DNA of 63,707 nucleotides, filler included, from Octopus bimaculoides (Eukaryota): assembly GCF_001194135.2 (NCBI RefSeq). It is 9 parts of 7 records of this genome, joined end to end, with 100 filler letters (N's around TTAATTAATTAA, not from the genome) between each part and the next. Parts side by side here need not be neighbours in the genome. Positions count along the whole stretch, not along the records: positions 50,912 to 54,077 come from NC_068982.1; positions 54,178 to 56,165 come from NC_068982.1; positions 56,266 to 58,596 come from NW_026428855.1; positions 58,697 to 63,707 come from NW_026439466.1; 5 more parts are not named here. One strand, written 5' to 3'. The translations under genes and the position numbers were made by a program. The notes beneath the pieces were generated by a model. The model did no database searches, was not told the origin of the DNA, and was given only the letters and a program-made list of their open reading frames with translations. Of the stretch, positions 53,111 to 63,707 are shown one piece after another (the first letter of the stretch is position 1; every line of letters starts with the position of its first letter).

Positions 53111-54983
53111 GATAGATATCAGAACTGACAATCACAAATTTCTCTTTCATTGCTAAAATACTCCGACGTAATGGTGTTTCCTGCAATTCCGTTATCCTAA
53201 GTATGAAAGGTAAACGAGGATACATACTGGCAGTTAAGTAGTGCAGATATGTTTTGAGTTCATGTATGTAGCAATATCGTGATAGAGAAATAGTCCTGGC
53301 ATGCTGCCAGTTACGTCAAATGAGTCTTTAGCTAACTCATCTACGCTTAGCAAATGAAACACACATGAGATTTCCCTGAAGTTCCGGCGGAGACGACTAA
53401 GTGGATATTTTCATGAATAAGTCATAAAAAAATTGCAATGTCTTTTTGTTAACATTTGATAGCATTCTGAGTTGTAAGAGAGCAACAATTATTGTTATAA
53501 TAGCAAATGCATTCATTTCAGAGAAATAAGATGATCAAACGAAACGAAATCAAGTTACTCGCTTATAAAATGACTTGGGAGAAACTAAATAAAATATAGA
53601 AATATTACAAAATGGAACCATGCAAGAACACAACGAGTTTCACACGGATGCTTCTATGTATTCATATATATTCTAGAAATAGAAACACATTCAGAATTAT
53701 TCATGTATTAATTTGAATGTATGCATATGTGTGTATGCCTTTATGTGTGTATTATACGTAACGCTAAAAGTATATGTATATACAGACGCATATAAATGTG
53801 TACGCATATTATATATACATACGTATTTATATACACAGACACAAGCACATTCCGCACACACTTAAACATACACACACATATAAATATGTAGCATAAATGT
53901 GTGCAGCATGTGTCTCTATATATACATACCATATATGATACATTAATTTGCATAATATATATAGTACATGTATATTACATATAACACATGTACATATATA
54001 TTTTCAAATACATACGGCATAAAGTATGTATGTATGTATGCATGTGTATGTGTATGTATATATATATATATATATATNNNNNNNNNNNNNNNNNNNNNNN
54101 NNNNNNNNNNNNNNNNNNNNNTTAATTAATTAANNNNNNNNNNNNNNNNNNNNNNNNNNNNNNNNNNNNNNNNNNNNATATATATATACGGAGTGAAAGA
54201 CGTATGAAGAGATTGAACGCTAAGTAGTAAAATCTTTATTTTGGTGTGAATATATTTCCTAGGGGAGTTAGCTTCTAGTTTTGATGTTAAAGCAACTTTT
54301 GTCACACACTATATAAAGCCAAATTTATTTTGTTTTGTTTTGTTTTGTTTTTGTGGCTCTTTATTTACGTCAAATAACTTTGTTAAATCTAAAGAAGATT
54401 GACATTTTCTAATATTCGTAGATCGCTTGTGTCCGATCATGGGAATAGCTGGGCGATAGAGAGGGGACAGGGGCTATAATTATATAAACATGGACAAAAA
54501 CTTATGGAATTTTTCAAACTGGCATATTTGACGCACCCTTGGGAATTATAGTATAACTTTTAGAGATATCAATATATTAACCAACATGGCAAATAAAGTA
54601 ATAAGAGGAATCTATTGATATATGTTGAAACAGATATCTGGTACATATACAATGTTGTTAATTGCAATTAGATATTAATTATTAACTCTAGCGTGTTAAA
54701 AACTCGATATAACACAAAATGTTCACGGAGTGATTTCAGCATAACTTTTATAAATGTACCAGACAAAAATTTATTTTAATTCTCATGATATCACTAGACT
54801 GAACTTATTACGGAGATATGCCATTTTGAAAATTATACATGCTGTAAGATTTTTACCTCCATAGCAGAAGAATTAACTCGTCCCAGCTCATATGCTTGTG
54901 TACATAGTAACGCATAAAATAAACACTCACACTTTATTTAAGAAATTATAAAGTCATTTTGGAGAAATTTGATTTAAAGTTCT

Positions 54984-55042
54984 CAGCCTGATGAGGAATA
55001 GAAAAATGGTAAGAATTTGTTAAATCCGAAACCTGGTTCCTG
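54984..55042 (+). ncRNA. Hammerhead ribozyme-like motif with long loop 2
   Basis: CAGC-CTGATGA-GGA(27 nt)TCC-GAAA-CCTGG-TT-CCTG. Core intact, stems short, one mismatch in stem I. Confidence 0.5.
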
Positions 55043-55123
55043 TTTAATAATGATTTTTTTAGGTGATTTTAAATGTCTTGCCCGCTCACGTTTTTGGTAT
55101 GCTGCTATATTTCATGTTGAGAA

Positions 55124-55189
55124 CTTCATGAGGTGTCTAGGGGAAATTTCGAACCCGGGTTCGAAATTTCCCCCAGACACCTCATGAAG
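55124..55189. repeat. 66-bp palindrome (33-bp arms, one mismatch, centred on CCCGGG)
   Basis: cttcatgaggtgtctaggggaaatttcgaaccc | gggttcgaaatttcccccagacacctcatgaag. Confidence 0.97.
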
Positions 55190-55221
55190 GCTGGAGGGTA
55201 TATCAGCCGAAACGTTGTGTT
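55176..55221 (+). ncRNA. Hammerhead ribozyme motif with G5C core mutation (CUCAUGA)
   Basis: GACAC-CTCATGA-A-GGCTG(GAGGGTATAT)CAGCC-GAAAC-GTT-GTGTT. All three stems are intact, and AACGTT is palindromic. Confidence 0.7.
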
Positions 55222-56265
55222 AACAACAAACAAGATGAAGACAAATATCCGTCAAATGTAAATAATATAGACAATTTTCTCATTATCTTATATTTCGCAT
55301 GTATGTTTAGTTTGTAAGTATGAATTCTACAATTATAAAAAATAAAAATGTCTTTCAATTTTGACCGTTATGGATAATGTACAAGTTTCTATGATGAACA
55401 TTTGTGCGTGTGCGTATGTGTGCGTGCGCGCATGCCAGAGCATAATTACTTTTATATAGTTATAAACGCATTGAATAATATTGAGAATGAAATTTCTCTC
55501 GAACACGTCTTTAGGCTGTACTAATATAATCATCCATTTAAAGAAAACAGTTTCAGTAATATTGTTACATATTTTTCAATGTGTTGCTCGTTAAAAAATG
55601 TGTAACTTAAAAATATAAGTTTTCCTGTTGCGAATAGCATGAAGTCATTTTATATAAAGGCAATGACGATAATTTTACTGTTTTTTAATGTTCACACTGC
55701 ATATACAATTCTAATAATAGTGCGGGATTGTAAAAAATTATATTTGTTTAAATGCAACGAAATAAATTTGTCATCTACATATTTGCGGTCCTTATATGGT
55801 GAATGTAAGAGTGATTTTACTAGCTACCCTATGGAAATAAATATTCAGTATTATGGTTGTGTGTTCTGGTTATATGTAGCCTCCGGTTTTTGACATTATT
55901 AAGCATCAAATTATAGGTAATATAAATATTCATTAGCATAAACTCTCGTTAGATTTCCTAATTTCAAGTCATAGGGTTATTTTATTTGTCTGAACAAAAC
56001 AATACAGATGACATTAAAGCAATATTATGTAACACTCGACTCATTTACAGAATGTTCTATAGAAGACTTGCGTATTCATTTCATGCATAACTAATTATTT
56101 CACAATGCCTTTTCAAACCTCAAAAGAGAAATAAGTATAGTTTTGGTATTTCTGTGAAAGAAAAANNNNNNNNNNNNNNNNNNNNNNNNNNNNNNNNNNN
56201 NNNNNNNNNTTAATTAATTAANNNNNNNNNNNNNNNNNNNNNNNNNNNNNNNNNNNNNNNNNNNN

Positions 56266-56299
<34 letters not shown>

Positions 56300-56300
<1 letters not shown>

Positions 56301-56520
56301 GGTGGCGAACTAGCATAATCGTTAGCATACTTGGCGAAATTCTTAGTGGTATTTTATCTGTCACTATGTTCTGAGTTCAAATTCCGCCGAGGTCGACTTT
56401 GCCTTTCTTTCGGGGTCGATAAACTAAGTACCAGTGAAACACTGGGGTCAATATGACCGACTGTCCCCCTCCCCACAAAGTCCAGGCCTTGTTCCTATAG
56501 TAGAAAGGATTATTATTATT
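56300..56520 (+). mobile_element. tRNA-derived SINE family A, flanked by (ATT)n on both sides
   Basis: A and B boxes, and the same body as 4746. Confidence 0.85.
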
Positions 56521-56558
56521 CAGGTGAATAAGCATCGACAGCTAGCAAGCCAAGCTAC

Positions 56559-56601
56559 TCCAAACTGATGATGAGCAATGACTCTGAAACTAGTCTCTGG
56601 A
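56559..56601 (+). ncRNA. Type I hammerhead ribozyme motif with extendable stem I
   Basis: TCCAAA-CTGATGA-T-GAG(CAATGA)CTC-T-GAAAC-TA-GTC-TCTGGA. GUC triplet and ACTAGT palindrome. Flanks tagcaagccaagc / gctggttttgctg can pair further. Confidence 0.75.
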
Positions 56602-56799
56602 TGCTGGTTTTGCTGGGTGGAGGTGCTTATCTCCCCTGTTTGAAAACTTAAAGGACACAGAACGCTTGAGTCACATAGCTAACGGGAAACGATGTTTGCT
56701 GTTGCTAAATAACAGTAGCATTCTTCCCTTTCCTGAGACTGCCACATTAAGTTGGCAACACACCATCACTCTAATATATTTTGTTCTGAGAAAAAAAAT

Positions 56800-57830
56800 C
56801 CAGGCGCGGACGTGGAAGCTTACTTCCCAAACAATGTGATCTAGAATTCAGTGCCACTGCGTTGATTTGGTAGACGGTAACTGAAAGAAGCTTGTCGTAC
56901 ATATATGTATGTGTGTGTGTGTGTGTTTGTGCGCCTTTGAGTGTTAGGTTTGTTCCCAAGCACCGCGTAACCACCGGTGTTGGTTTGTATACGTCCCCGT
57001 AACTTACCGTTTCGGTGAAAGATACCAGCAGAATAAGAATCNNNNNNNNNNNNNNNNNNNNNNNNNNNNNNNNNNNNNNNNNNNNNNNNNNNNNNNNNNN
57101 NNNNNNNNNNNNNNNNNNNNNNNNNNNNNNNNNNNNNNNNNNNNNNNNNNNNNNNNNNNNNNNNNNNNNNNNNNNNNNNNNNNNNNNNNNNNNNNNNNNN
57201 NNNNNNNNNNNNNNNNNNNNNNNNNNNNNNNNNNNNNNNNNNNNNNNNNNNNNNNNNNNNNNNNNNNNNNNNNNNNNNNNNNNNNNNNNNNNNNNNNNNN
57301 NNNNNNNNNNNNNNNNNNNNNNNNNNNNNNNNNNNNNNNNNNNNNNNNNNNNNNNNNNNNNNNNNNNNNNNNNNNNNNNNNNNNNNNNNNNNNNNNNNNN
57401 NNNNNNNNNNNNNNNNNNNNNNNNNNNNNNNNNNNNNNNNNNNNNNNNNNNNNNNNNNNNNNNNNNNNNNNNNNNNNNNNNNNNNNNNNNNNNNNNNNNN
57501 NNNNNNNNNNNNNNNNNNNNNNNNNNNNNNNNNNNNNNNNNNNNNNNNNNNNNNNNNNNNNNNNNNNNNNNNNNNNNNNNNNNNNNNNNNNNNNNNNNNN
57601 NNNNNNNNNNNNNNNNNNNNNNNNNNCGATTTTTTTCGGCTAAAACCCTTCAAGGCTGTGCTCCGGCACGGTCGCCTACAAGATGGTTGAGAGCAACTGG
57701 TTAAAACCCTTCAAGGCGGTGCTCCGGCACGGTCGCCTACAAGATGGTTGAGAGCAACTGGTTAAAACCATTCAAGGCGGTGCTCCAGCCTGACTACAGT
57801 CCAGTGACTAAAACGAATAAAAATAAATAA
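56800..57830 (+). mobile_element. SINE family B spanning a gap, with a 61-bp tandem duplication in its tail
   Basis: Head and body at 56800-57041, tail modules at 57641, 57702 and 57763. Confidence 0.7.
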
Positions 57831-58357
57831 ATAAAAAATTTAAGATTTTGTCCGAGGCACAAAATTGTTAAAATGAAATCTGAACAAGATTTTACACGAT
57901 GGAATACACCGAAGTGAGTTCATCTTACTTTCAACAGACTCATAAGCTGAAACAGGTGTACCGCGATCAATTATTGAGGAAACAGTAATTGAACGTAGAA
58001 TAAGTACCGTAGCTGTTAAGAGTAATAAGCTGTATACCACTTAATAGCTCTTATTTACAGCTAGATGCAGCAGAGCAGTGAGAGTTATGTGCCTTGTCTA
58101 CAGACACTGCTGCACAAAGCTGCTTATAGAATTTGAATTGTCACCCAAACTTTATGCTAGTATTCCAATATATTATTGACTCAAGAATCTGCAGTTCTCC
58201 AACCTTCAGTCACATGACTAATAAAATCCGCAGGAACTGGCTTTGAAATTTGATAAACACGTTTGTATGCACACACACACACAAACACATGCATACATAC
58301 ATACATACATACATAGATACATACATACGTATATTTATACATATATGTAGACTGTGT

Positions 58358-58396
<39 letters not shown>

Positions 58397-58555
58397 CAAA
58401 TATGCGTGTATATATTCATATGTAAATATACAGACGTATATATATATGATGTGCGTGTGTGTCTATACACATATACATATATTTATATATACATATATAT
58501 ATATGTATATGGGGGTGCATACATCTACATATATATAGAGAGAAATAATGTGTGG

Positions 58556-58596
<41 letters not shown>

Positions 58597-58696
58597 NNNN
58601 NNNNNNNNNNNNNNNNNNNNNNNNNNNNNNNNNNNNNNNNTTAATTAATTAANNNNNNNNNNNNNNNNNNNNNNNNNNNNNNNNNNNNNNNNNNNN

Positions 58697-58925
58697 AAAG
58701 TTACCTTCCTAGGCACAAGTCCAGGCAAAGTTTGTTTGTGGAAGACCAGCAGTCGCCCATGCATACCAGCCTGCCCTCTTCTTGCCACAAATGTTATCCA
58801 AGAGACATCACAACTCATTTCTATAGCTGAGTGAACTGGAGCAATGTGAAGTAAAGTGTCTTGCTCAAGAACACAACGCACAATCTGGTCCAGGAATCAA
58901 ACTCCCTACCGCATGATTGTAAGCC
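58697..58925 (-). mobile_element. tRNA-derived SINE related to family C
   Basis: gtgaagtaaagtgtcttgctcaagaacacaacgc...ccaggaatcaaactc is the reverse complement of a head and CORE-like segment. Confidence 0.65.
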
Positions 58926-59225
58926 CCTTTTTAAATTTTGGGATTTATTTTTAAGTGTATAATCACAAAGTTTCATTCTTTCAGAAAAAAAACTGCAGAA
59001 ACCAGTAAGTATTAATCCCAAAGTTAAAAGATAAAATTGAAATAATTCTTAATTGAATTTAAAATCCCCTGAATTCTTGGGCAACCACCCCCATTTTGGA
59101 AAGTCCTGGCCTAAACCACAAGACAAAGTGAGATATCCCTAGATATATACTATATAGAAATACTATCTCTATATCATATATTATGTAGAAATACTATCGC
59201 TATATGATATATTAAGAGAAAAGAT

Positions 59226-59299
<74 letters not shown>

Positions 59300-59470
59300 A
59301 ACTTTCTACTCTAAGCTACAAATGAAGGGAGATAACTATGAATAAACCGGATCGGATAATATTAAAACTTGTTTTTATAACAATAGAAGTGTTTAGGGAG
59401 GTGCTTTCACATACAACAGCAACAACAACAACAACAACAACAAAAACAAATGAACAGTTCAAAGTTTATC

Positions 59471-59476
59471 TTTATT
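59471..59476 (-). terminator. Candidate polyadenylation signal of the death-domain gene
   Basis: AATAAA about 235 nt after the stop codon, followed on the minus strand by a U/GU-rich tract (tttgtttttgttgttgttg, ~59410-59452). Confidence 0.55.
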
Positions 59477-59710
59477 TCAAAAGTTAATCTCTAACAACAA
59501 TGGAGACAAACCAGTAAAGGGATTTCTTTGTGATAGATAGATCTGCTAGAAGTAGTAGCCAAGTTGAACACAATACATACCTTATTACCTTAAAGAAGAA
59601 TGCGCTAGACAATGTGTTACTGGTTCCTCTACATTAAGAATAAAGTTAGGGTGGTTATGGCTGGAATGCATTTGATCATAAATCTCTGACCTGGGACTAA
59701 ACAACAACAT

Positions 59711-59919
59711 TTACGTAAAAATTCCCTCTAATAAGCATTCGAGGGCAATAAAGCACTCAGTTACTACAAGGGCTTCTCTGAGTATTTTGAATGAGCGTTT
59801 CACTGGATCACAACGTGTATACCATCTGAAGAGCATCTGGGAGCTCTGTTCAATAGTGTTGTAGGGATTGTCAACCTTAATAATTTCCAGCTCAATTTGT
59901 TTAAGTCCTAATTCCCTTC
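59711..59919 (-). CDS. Terminal coding exon of a death-domain protein
   Basis: Strong acceptor ttcttcttcttgtatcttttgcag|GA, phase 1. Encodes (G)RELGLKQIELEIIKVDNPYNTIEQSSQMLFRWYTRCDPVKRSFKILREAL...*, which fits the death-domain pattern R.LGL....I..I....P....EQ..QML..W......L..AL. Confidence 0.8.
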
Positions 59920-60751
59920 CTGCAAAAGATACAAGAAGAAGAAATAATTGCAACGAGATTAACAATAATATGAAAGAAATGAACCTTAGGTTTTAATAAA
60001 TATAACAAAGAAACTACATCAATAGAGAAATTTAAAAAAAAATACTAACGGAAAATGAATAAGATAAGACAATGTTCTCTTTTTCTAAGAATGCTGATTA
60101 CAAAATAACAAAGTTGAAATAAGGTATAAAGATAATCNNNNNNNNNNNNNNNNNNNNNNNNNNNNNNNNNNNNNNNNNNNNNNNNNNNNNNNNNNNNNNN
60201 NNNNNNNNNNNNNNNNNNNNNNNNNNNNNNNNNNNNNNNNNNNNNNNNNNNNNNNNNNNNNNNNNNNNNNNNNNNNNNNNNNNNNNNNNNNNNNNNNNNN
60301 NNNNNNNNNNNNNNNNNNNNNNNNNNNNNNNNNNNNNNNNNNNNNNNNNNNNNNNNNNNNNNNNNNNNNNNNNNNNNNNNNNNNNNNNNNNNNNNNNNNN
60401 NNNNNNNNNNNNNNNNNNNNNNNNNNNNNNNNNNNNNNNNNNNNNNNNNNNNNNNNNNNNNNNNNNNNNNNNNNNNNNNNNNNNNNNNNNNNNNNNNNNN
60501 NNNNNNNNNNNNNNNNNNNNNNNNNNNNNNNNNNNNNNNNNNNNNNNNNNNNNNNNNNNNNNNNNNNNNNNNNNNNNNNNNNNNNNNNNNNNNNNNNNNN
60601 NNNNNNNNNNNNNNNNNNNNNNNNNNNNNNNNNNNNNNNNNNNNNNNNNNNNNNNNNNNNNNNNNNNNNNNNNNNNNNNNNNNNNNNNNNNNNNNNNNNN
60701 NNNNNNNNNNNNNNNNNNNNNNNNNNNNNNNNNNNNNNNNNNNNNNNNNNN

Positions 60752-63015
60752 NCATAGCAGTGCATTCGTCTCTCTTGCACATCAGATCTGATGCCTCTTA
60801 CTCCCAACTTACACCACTCTGTTGTACATGCATACTGACATTGTGCATTCACCAAAGCATACTAGATTCATTTCTTTCAAGCCCACACATGTCCTCAGGA
60901 GTCACAGCCTGTGTTTCACTGCCGTGTAGTATGGCTGTTTACACATAAGCATCATACAGTCTTCTTTTAACACGGAGGGAGAGACCCTTTGTTACCAACA
61001 GGGGTAGGAGCTCTCTGAACTCTACCCAGTCTATTCTTATTCTAGCAGCTATATTCTCAGCGCACCCACCTCCACTGCTGACTTGGTCACCCAGATAACG
61101 GAAGCTATATGCTACTTATAAGTATTTGCCCTGCCATTTGATGGAATCTATTTTCTGTACATTTTTAGAGTTTATTGAATCTGTGCACATTCCACACAAA
61201 ATCTATTTTCACTGTTAACCTTCCTCTGATATTGCTGCACCTCTTATGTGTCCATAGCTAACATTGGGTACGTCCTATGGAGTTTCTACCTATGCCTTTT
61301 TGACAGATGTAGCAGGGCCATCTACCTAAAGGGCTTTGTGATTTATCTGCTTTCCTACTTACTAAGACTTTCATTTTTGCTAGATTAACTCTAAGGCTCC
61401 TTGATTCTATACCTTGCTTCCACACCTGAAATTTCTTTAGTTATGGAAATGATTTGGCTATAAGAACAAGGTCATCAACATAGAGGAGCTCCTAGGGGCA
61501 GCCTATCTTAAATTCCTCTGATATTACGTGGGGGACTATTATGAACAAGAGGGGGCTGAGGACCAATCCTAGGTGAACCTCTACTTGTTCCCTGAATTCA
61601 TCACTATACTCGTTGCCAACCCTTATTGACAGCATCCATGTACATGGCTTGTACAACTCTCACCAACCACTCCTCTATCCCCGCCTTCCACATTGATCAT
61701 CAGATAAAGGAGTGGGGAACCTTGTTGAAGGCTTTCTCCATCTCAGCAAAAGACAAGTATAGAGGTTTATCTTTGGCTATGTATTTCTCTTGCAGTTGCC
61801 CTACCAGAAATATAGCATGAGTGATGCTTCTCCCTGGCACAAAACCAAACTGCATCTCATCTAGACTAACTCTCCTCCTAATTAGTTGGGCTACGATCCT
61901 CTTCATAACTTTCATCACCTGATACAGCAATTTGATACCCCTCTAATTATTTCAATCTAATTGTCACCTTTAACTTTGTAGCAGTTGACTATTGTGCTGC
62001 TACACCAGTCATTGGGTATGGCTCCTTCATGAACCACCTGATTTATACTATGGGTGACTAGAGCATAATCCACACTGCCAGATTTTTTAAGCATCTCAGT
62101 GGTTTTAGCTACCATGTCACTGTCTATTCAGATTGCTGGTCCTTCTGTTGGATCCACATTAGGCAGACACTCCTCCTCCCATGCATTCTCTACATTTAGT
62201 AGCCTTTCATAGTGGCACTTCCAAGCCTCTATTTTTGCAGAGTCACTAACTGCAAGGGAATCATCGTCAATGCAAATACACTTCTCTCCAACAACACTCC
62301 ATTTTCCCCTGGCATACTGTCTTGTAAGACATTGGCAAACGTCTACTTTTCTGCTTCCCTTCTGGCTAAGTATTCCTGCTTCTTAACTTCCCTTCTTGCT
62401 GCCTGATATAACTCTTTGCTGCCACCATCCTTCCAGTCCTTCTAAGCCTGTTTCTAATAACCCTGTCAACTAACTGTTCCACCACCATGTCACTTTAGAC
62501 CTGGTTTGGACTTTGCATAAACCACAAATTTGGTTTGTGACTTGCAGTAAACTCTCTCATAGAAACCTCCACTTATCTTCTATTTTGCAAGGATGTAGCC
62601 CCTCCTCCTTCTCATCAAATGCTTTAGTTACAACATCTCTAAATCTCTGACTATTCAAAGAATCCTTAAGCTTCCATATCCTTCTTTTCCAAACTAGCTT
62701 GCTTCTTGGAATTCTTTGTGCCACCAACTTGAAGTCACTAGTGAATAACCCATGCTGAGGAGTACAATCCCCTCCAGGGAAGGACTTTGCATTTATGAGC
62801 AACCATGATTACACATTTCTAATGAGAATGTAGTCAATCTTGCTAGCATAGTCACCAGATTTATAGGTTTTCAGGTGACTAGCTGGCTTTCTGAAGTTGG
62901 TGTTTCAAATCAGTTGGTCATTTGTATCACAGAACTCCAACAGCCTTGTTCCTTTCTCATTTTGGGAACCAATTCCATGGCCCACATGCACCCTATGGAA
63001 GACACCTGCTTGCTG
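60752..63015 (-). mobile_element. 5'-truncated, decayed RTE-clade LINE (end of APE domain plus RT), inside the death-domain gene intron, in sense orientation
   Basis: GTRLLEFCDTN..NTNFRKP..YKSG..SKIDYIL; QFGFVPGRSITHAIF; FAEMEKAFNKVP; LSPLLFII; LLYVDDLVL; ILHGSET. Many stops. Confidence 0.92.
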
Positions 63016-63215
63016 CCCAGATAGCAGGAAAAGTGTGTGTGTGTGTAGACAAAAGTGTTACTATTTGAGCCACTGTTCTATTTTCTCTGTTTTCTATTCC
63101 TGGGTGGGTACTCAGGTACTTCCAACATAAAGCCCTATCAAAAGCAACTATCATTAGACTTGGCGACTAGATTCACAACCATGACCAATTAAGGCTGTAG
63201 ATATTATCCAACCAC

Positions 63216-63457
63216 CTAGTTCTCAGTCTAACCCTAAGTCTCCTGCCACTTGGCTCAACTTGATAAATCCATTTTGCAGCTCTTTCCTGCAACATTCTAA
63301 TTTGATATCTGTAGAACCAGAGCTGTGGAGATTTAGTGGCCCAGCCTGGAGAAACTTCCAGATCTCTGAGCAGTGTGCATCCTTTTGAGTAACATTACTT
63401 TAGGGACCCTTTAGAGGATCTCCATTTCGGTTGCTTGGTATCATCACATGGCAATGC
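63216..63457 (-). pseudogene. Candidate penultimate exon of the death-domain gene with in-frame stops (TAA 63400-63402, TGA 63223-63225)
   Basis: Acceptor tatttcag|G; donor AG|GTGGTT is weak but phase 1, matching the 59919 acceptor. The joined read is ...FIKLSQVAGDLGLD*EL-G-RELGL. An alternative acceptor ttctacag|A at 63308 would exclude the TAA. Confidence 0.6.
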
Positions 63458-63707
63458 CTGAAATAGTGTGAGGCCTCTCTTCCTCTAATTAATACTTATA
63501 AAGTATCAACATTTAGAAACAGCTAGAAAGTGGAGATTGAAATATGAAACAATATCAGTAATATACACCTGGACCAATTAAAATACAAATAGATATGATA
63601 CCAGAATGATTTCAACTACACGGAGTACAAAATGTAATACAGTCAGGTACACATAACACTTCTAGATTCATGACTCATCATAAGGATTTCTTTTACTGGA
63701 TGAATGC

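Noticed and set aside
18759-60855. Long ORFs made mostly of X
   Set aside because: They are artefacts of translating through N gaps.

Overview
AT-rich eukaryotic draft-genome window with many N gaps. The SINE families, (CA)/(TA) microsatellites and gap-filler pattern suggest an octopus/coleoid cephalopod, which is inference. Most of the sequence is repeat-derived: two different Penelope-like elements (PLEs), RTE-type and R4/Dong-type LINE remnants, a decayed Tc1/mariner (maT-like) transposase, piggyBac-like MITEs and many tRNA-derived SINEs. Six minimal hammerhead ribozyme (HHR) motifs of the PLE type are present: four have intact cores (31.8, 52.4, 55.0, 56.6 kb) and two carry core mutations. 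An ~11 kb CpG-rich (TACG)n/(GTTC)n satellite has a landmark-based higher-order structure that inverts at fixed points. The only host-gene signal is the 3' end of a minus-strand death-domain gene: two phase-compatible exons plus a poly(A) site, with a TGA at the position of the conserved Trp. The standout observations are the satellite architecture, an ~520-nt Asn/Ser/Thr-coding expansion between the GIY and YIG motifs of a Penelope endonuclease, the death-domain stop (pseudogene versus A-to-I recoding), and the HHR set. All reading was done by eye, with no searches or folding run.
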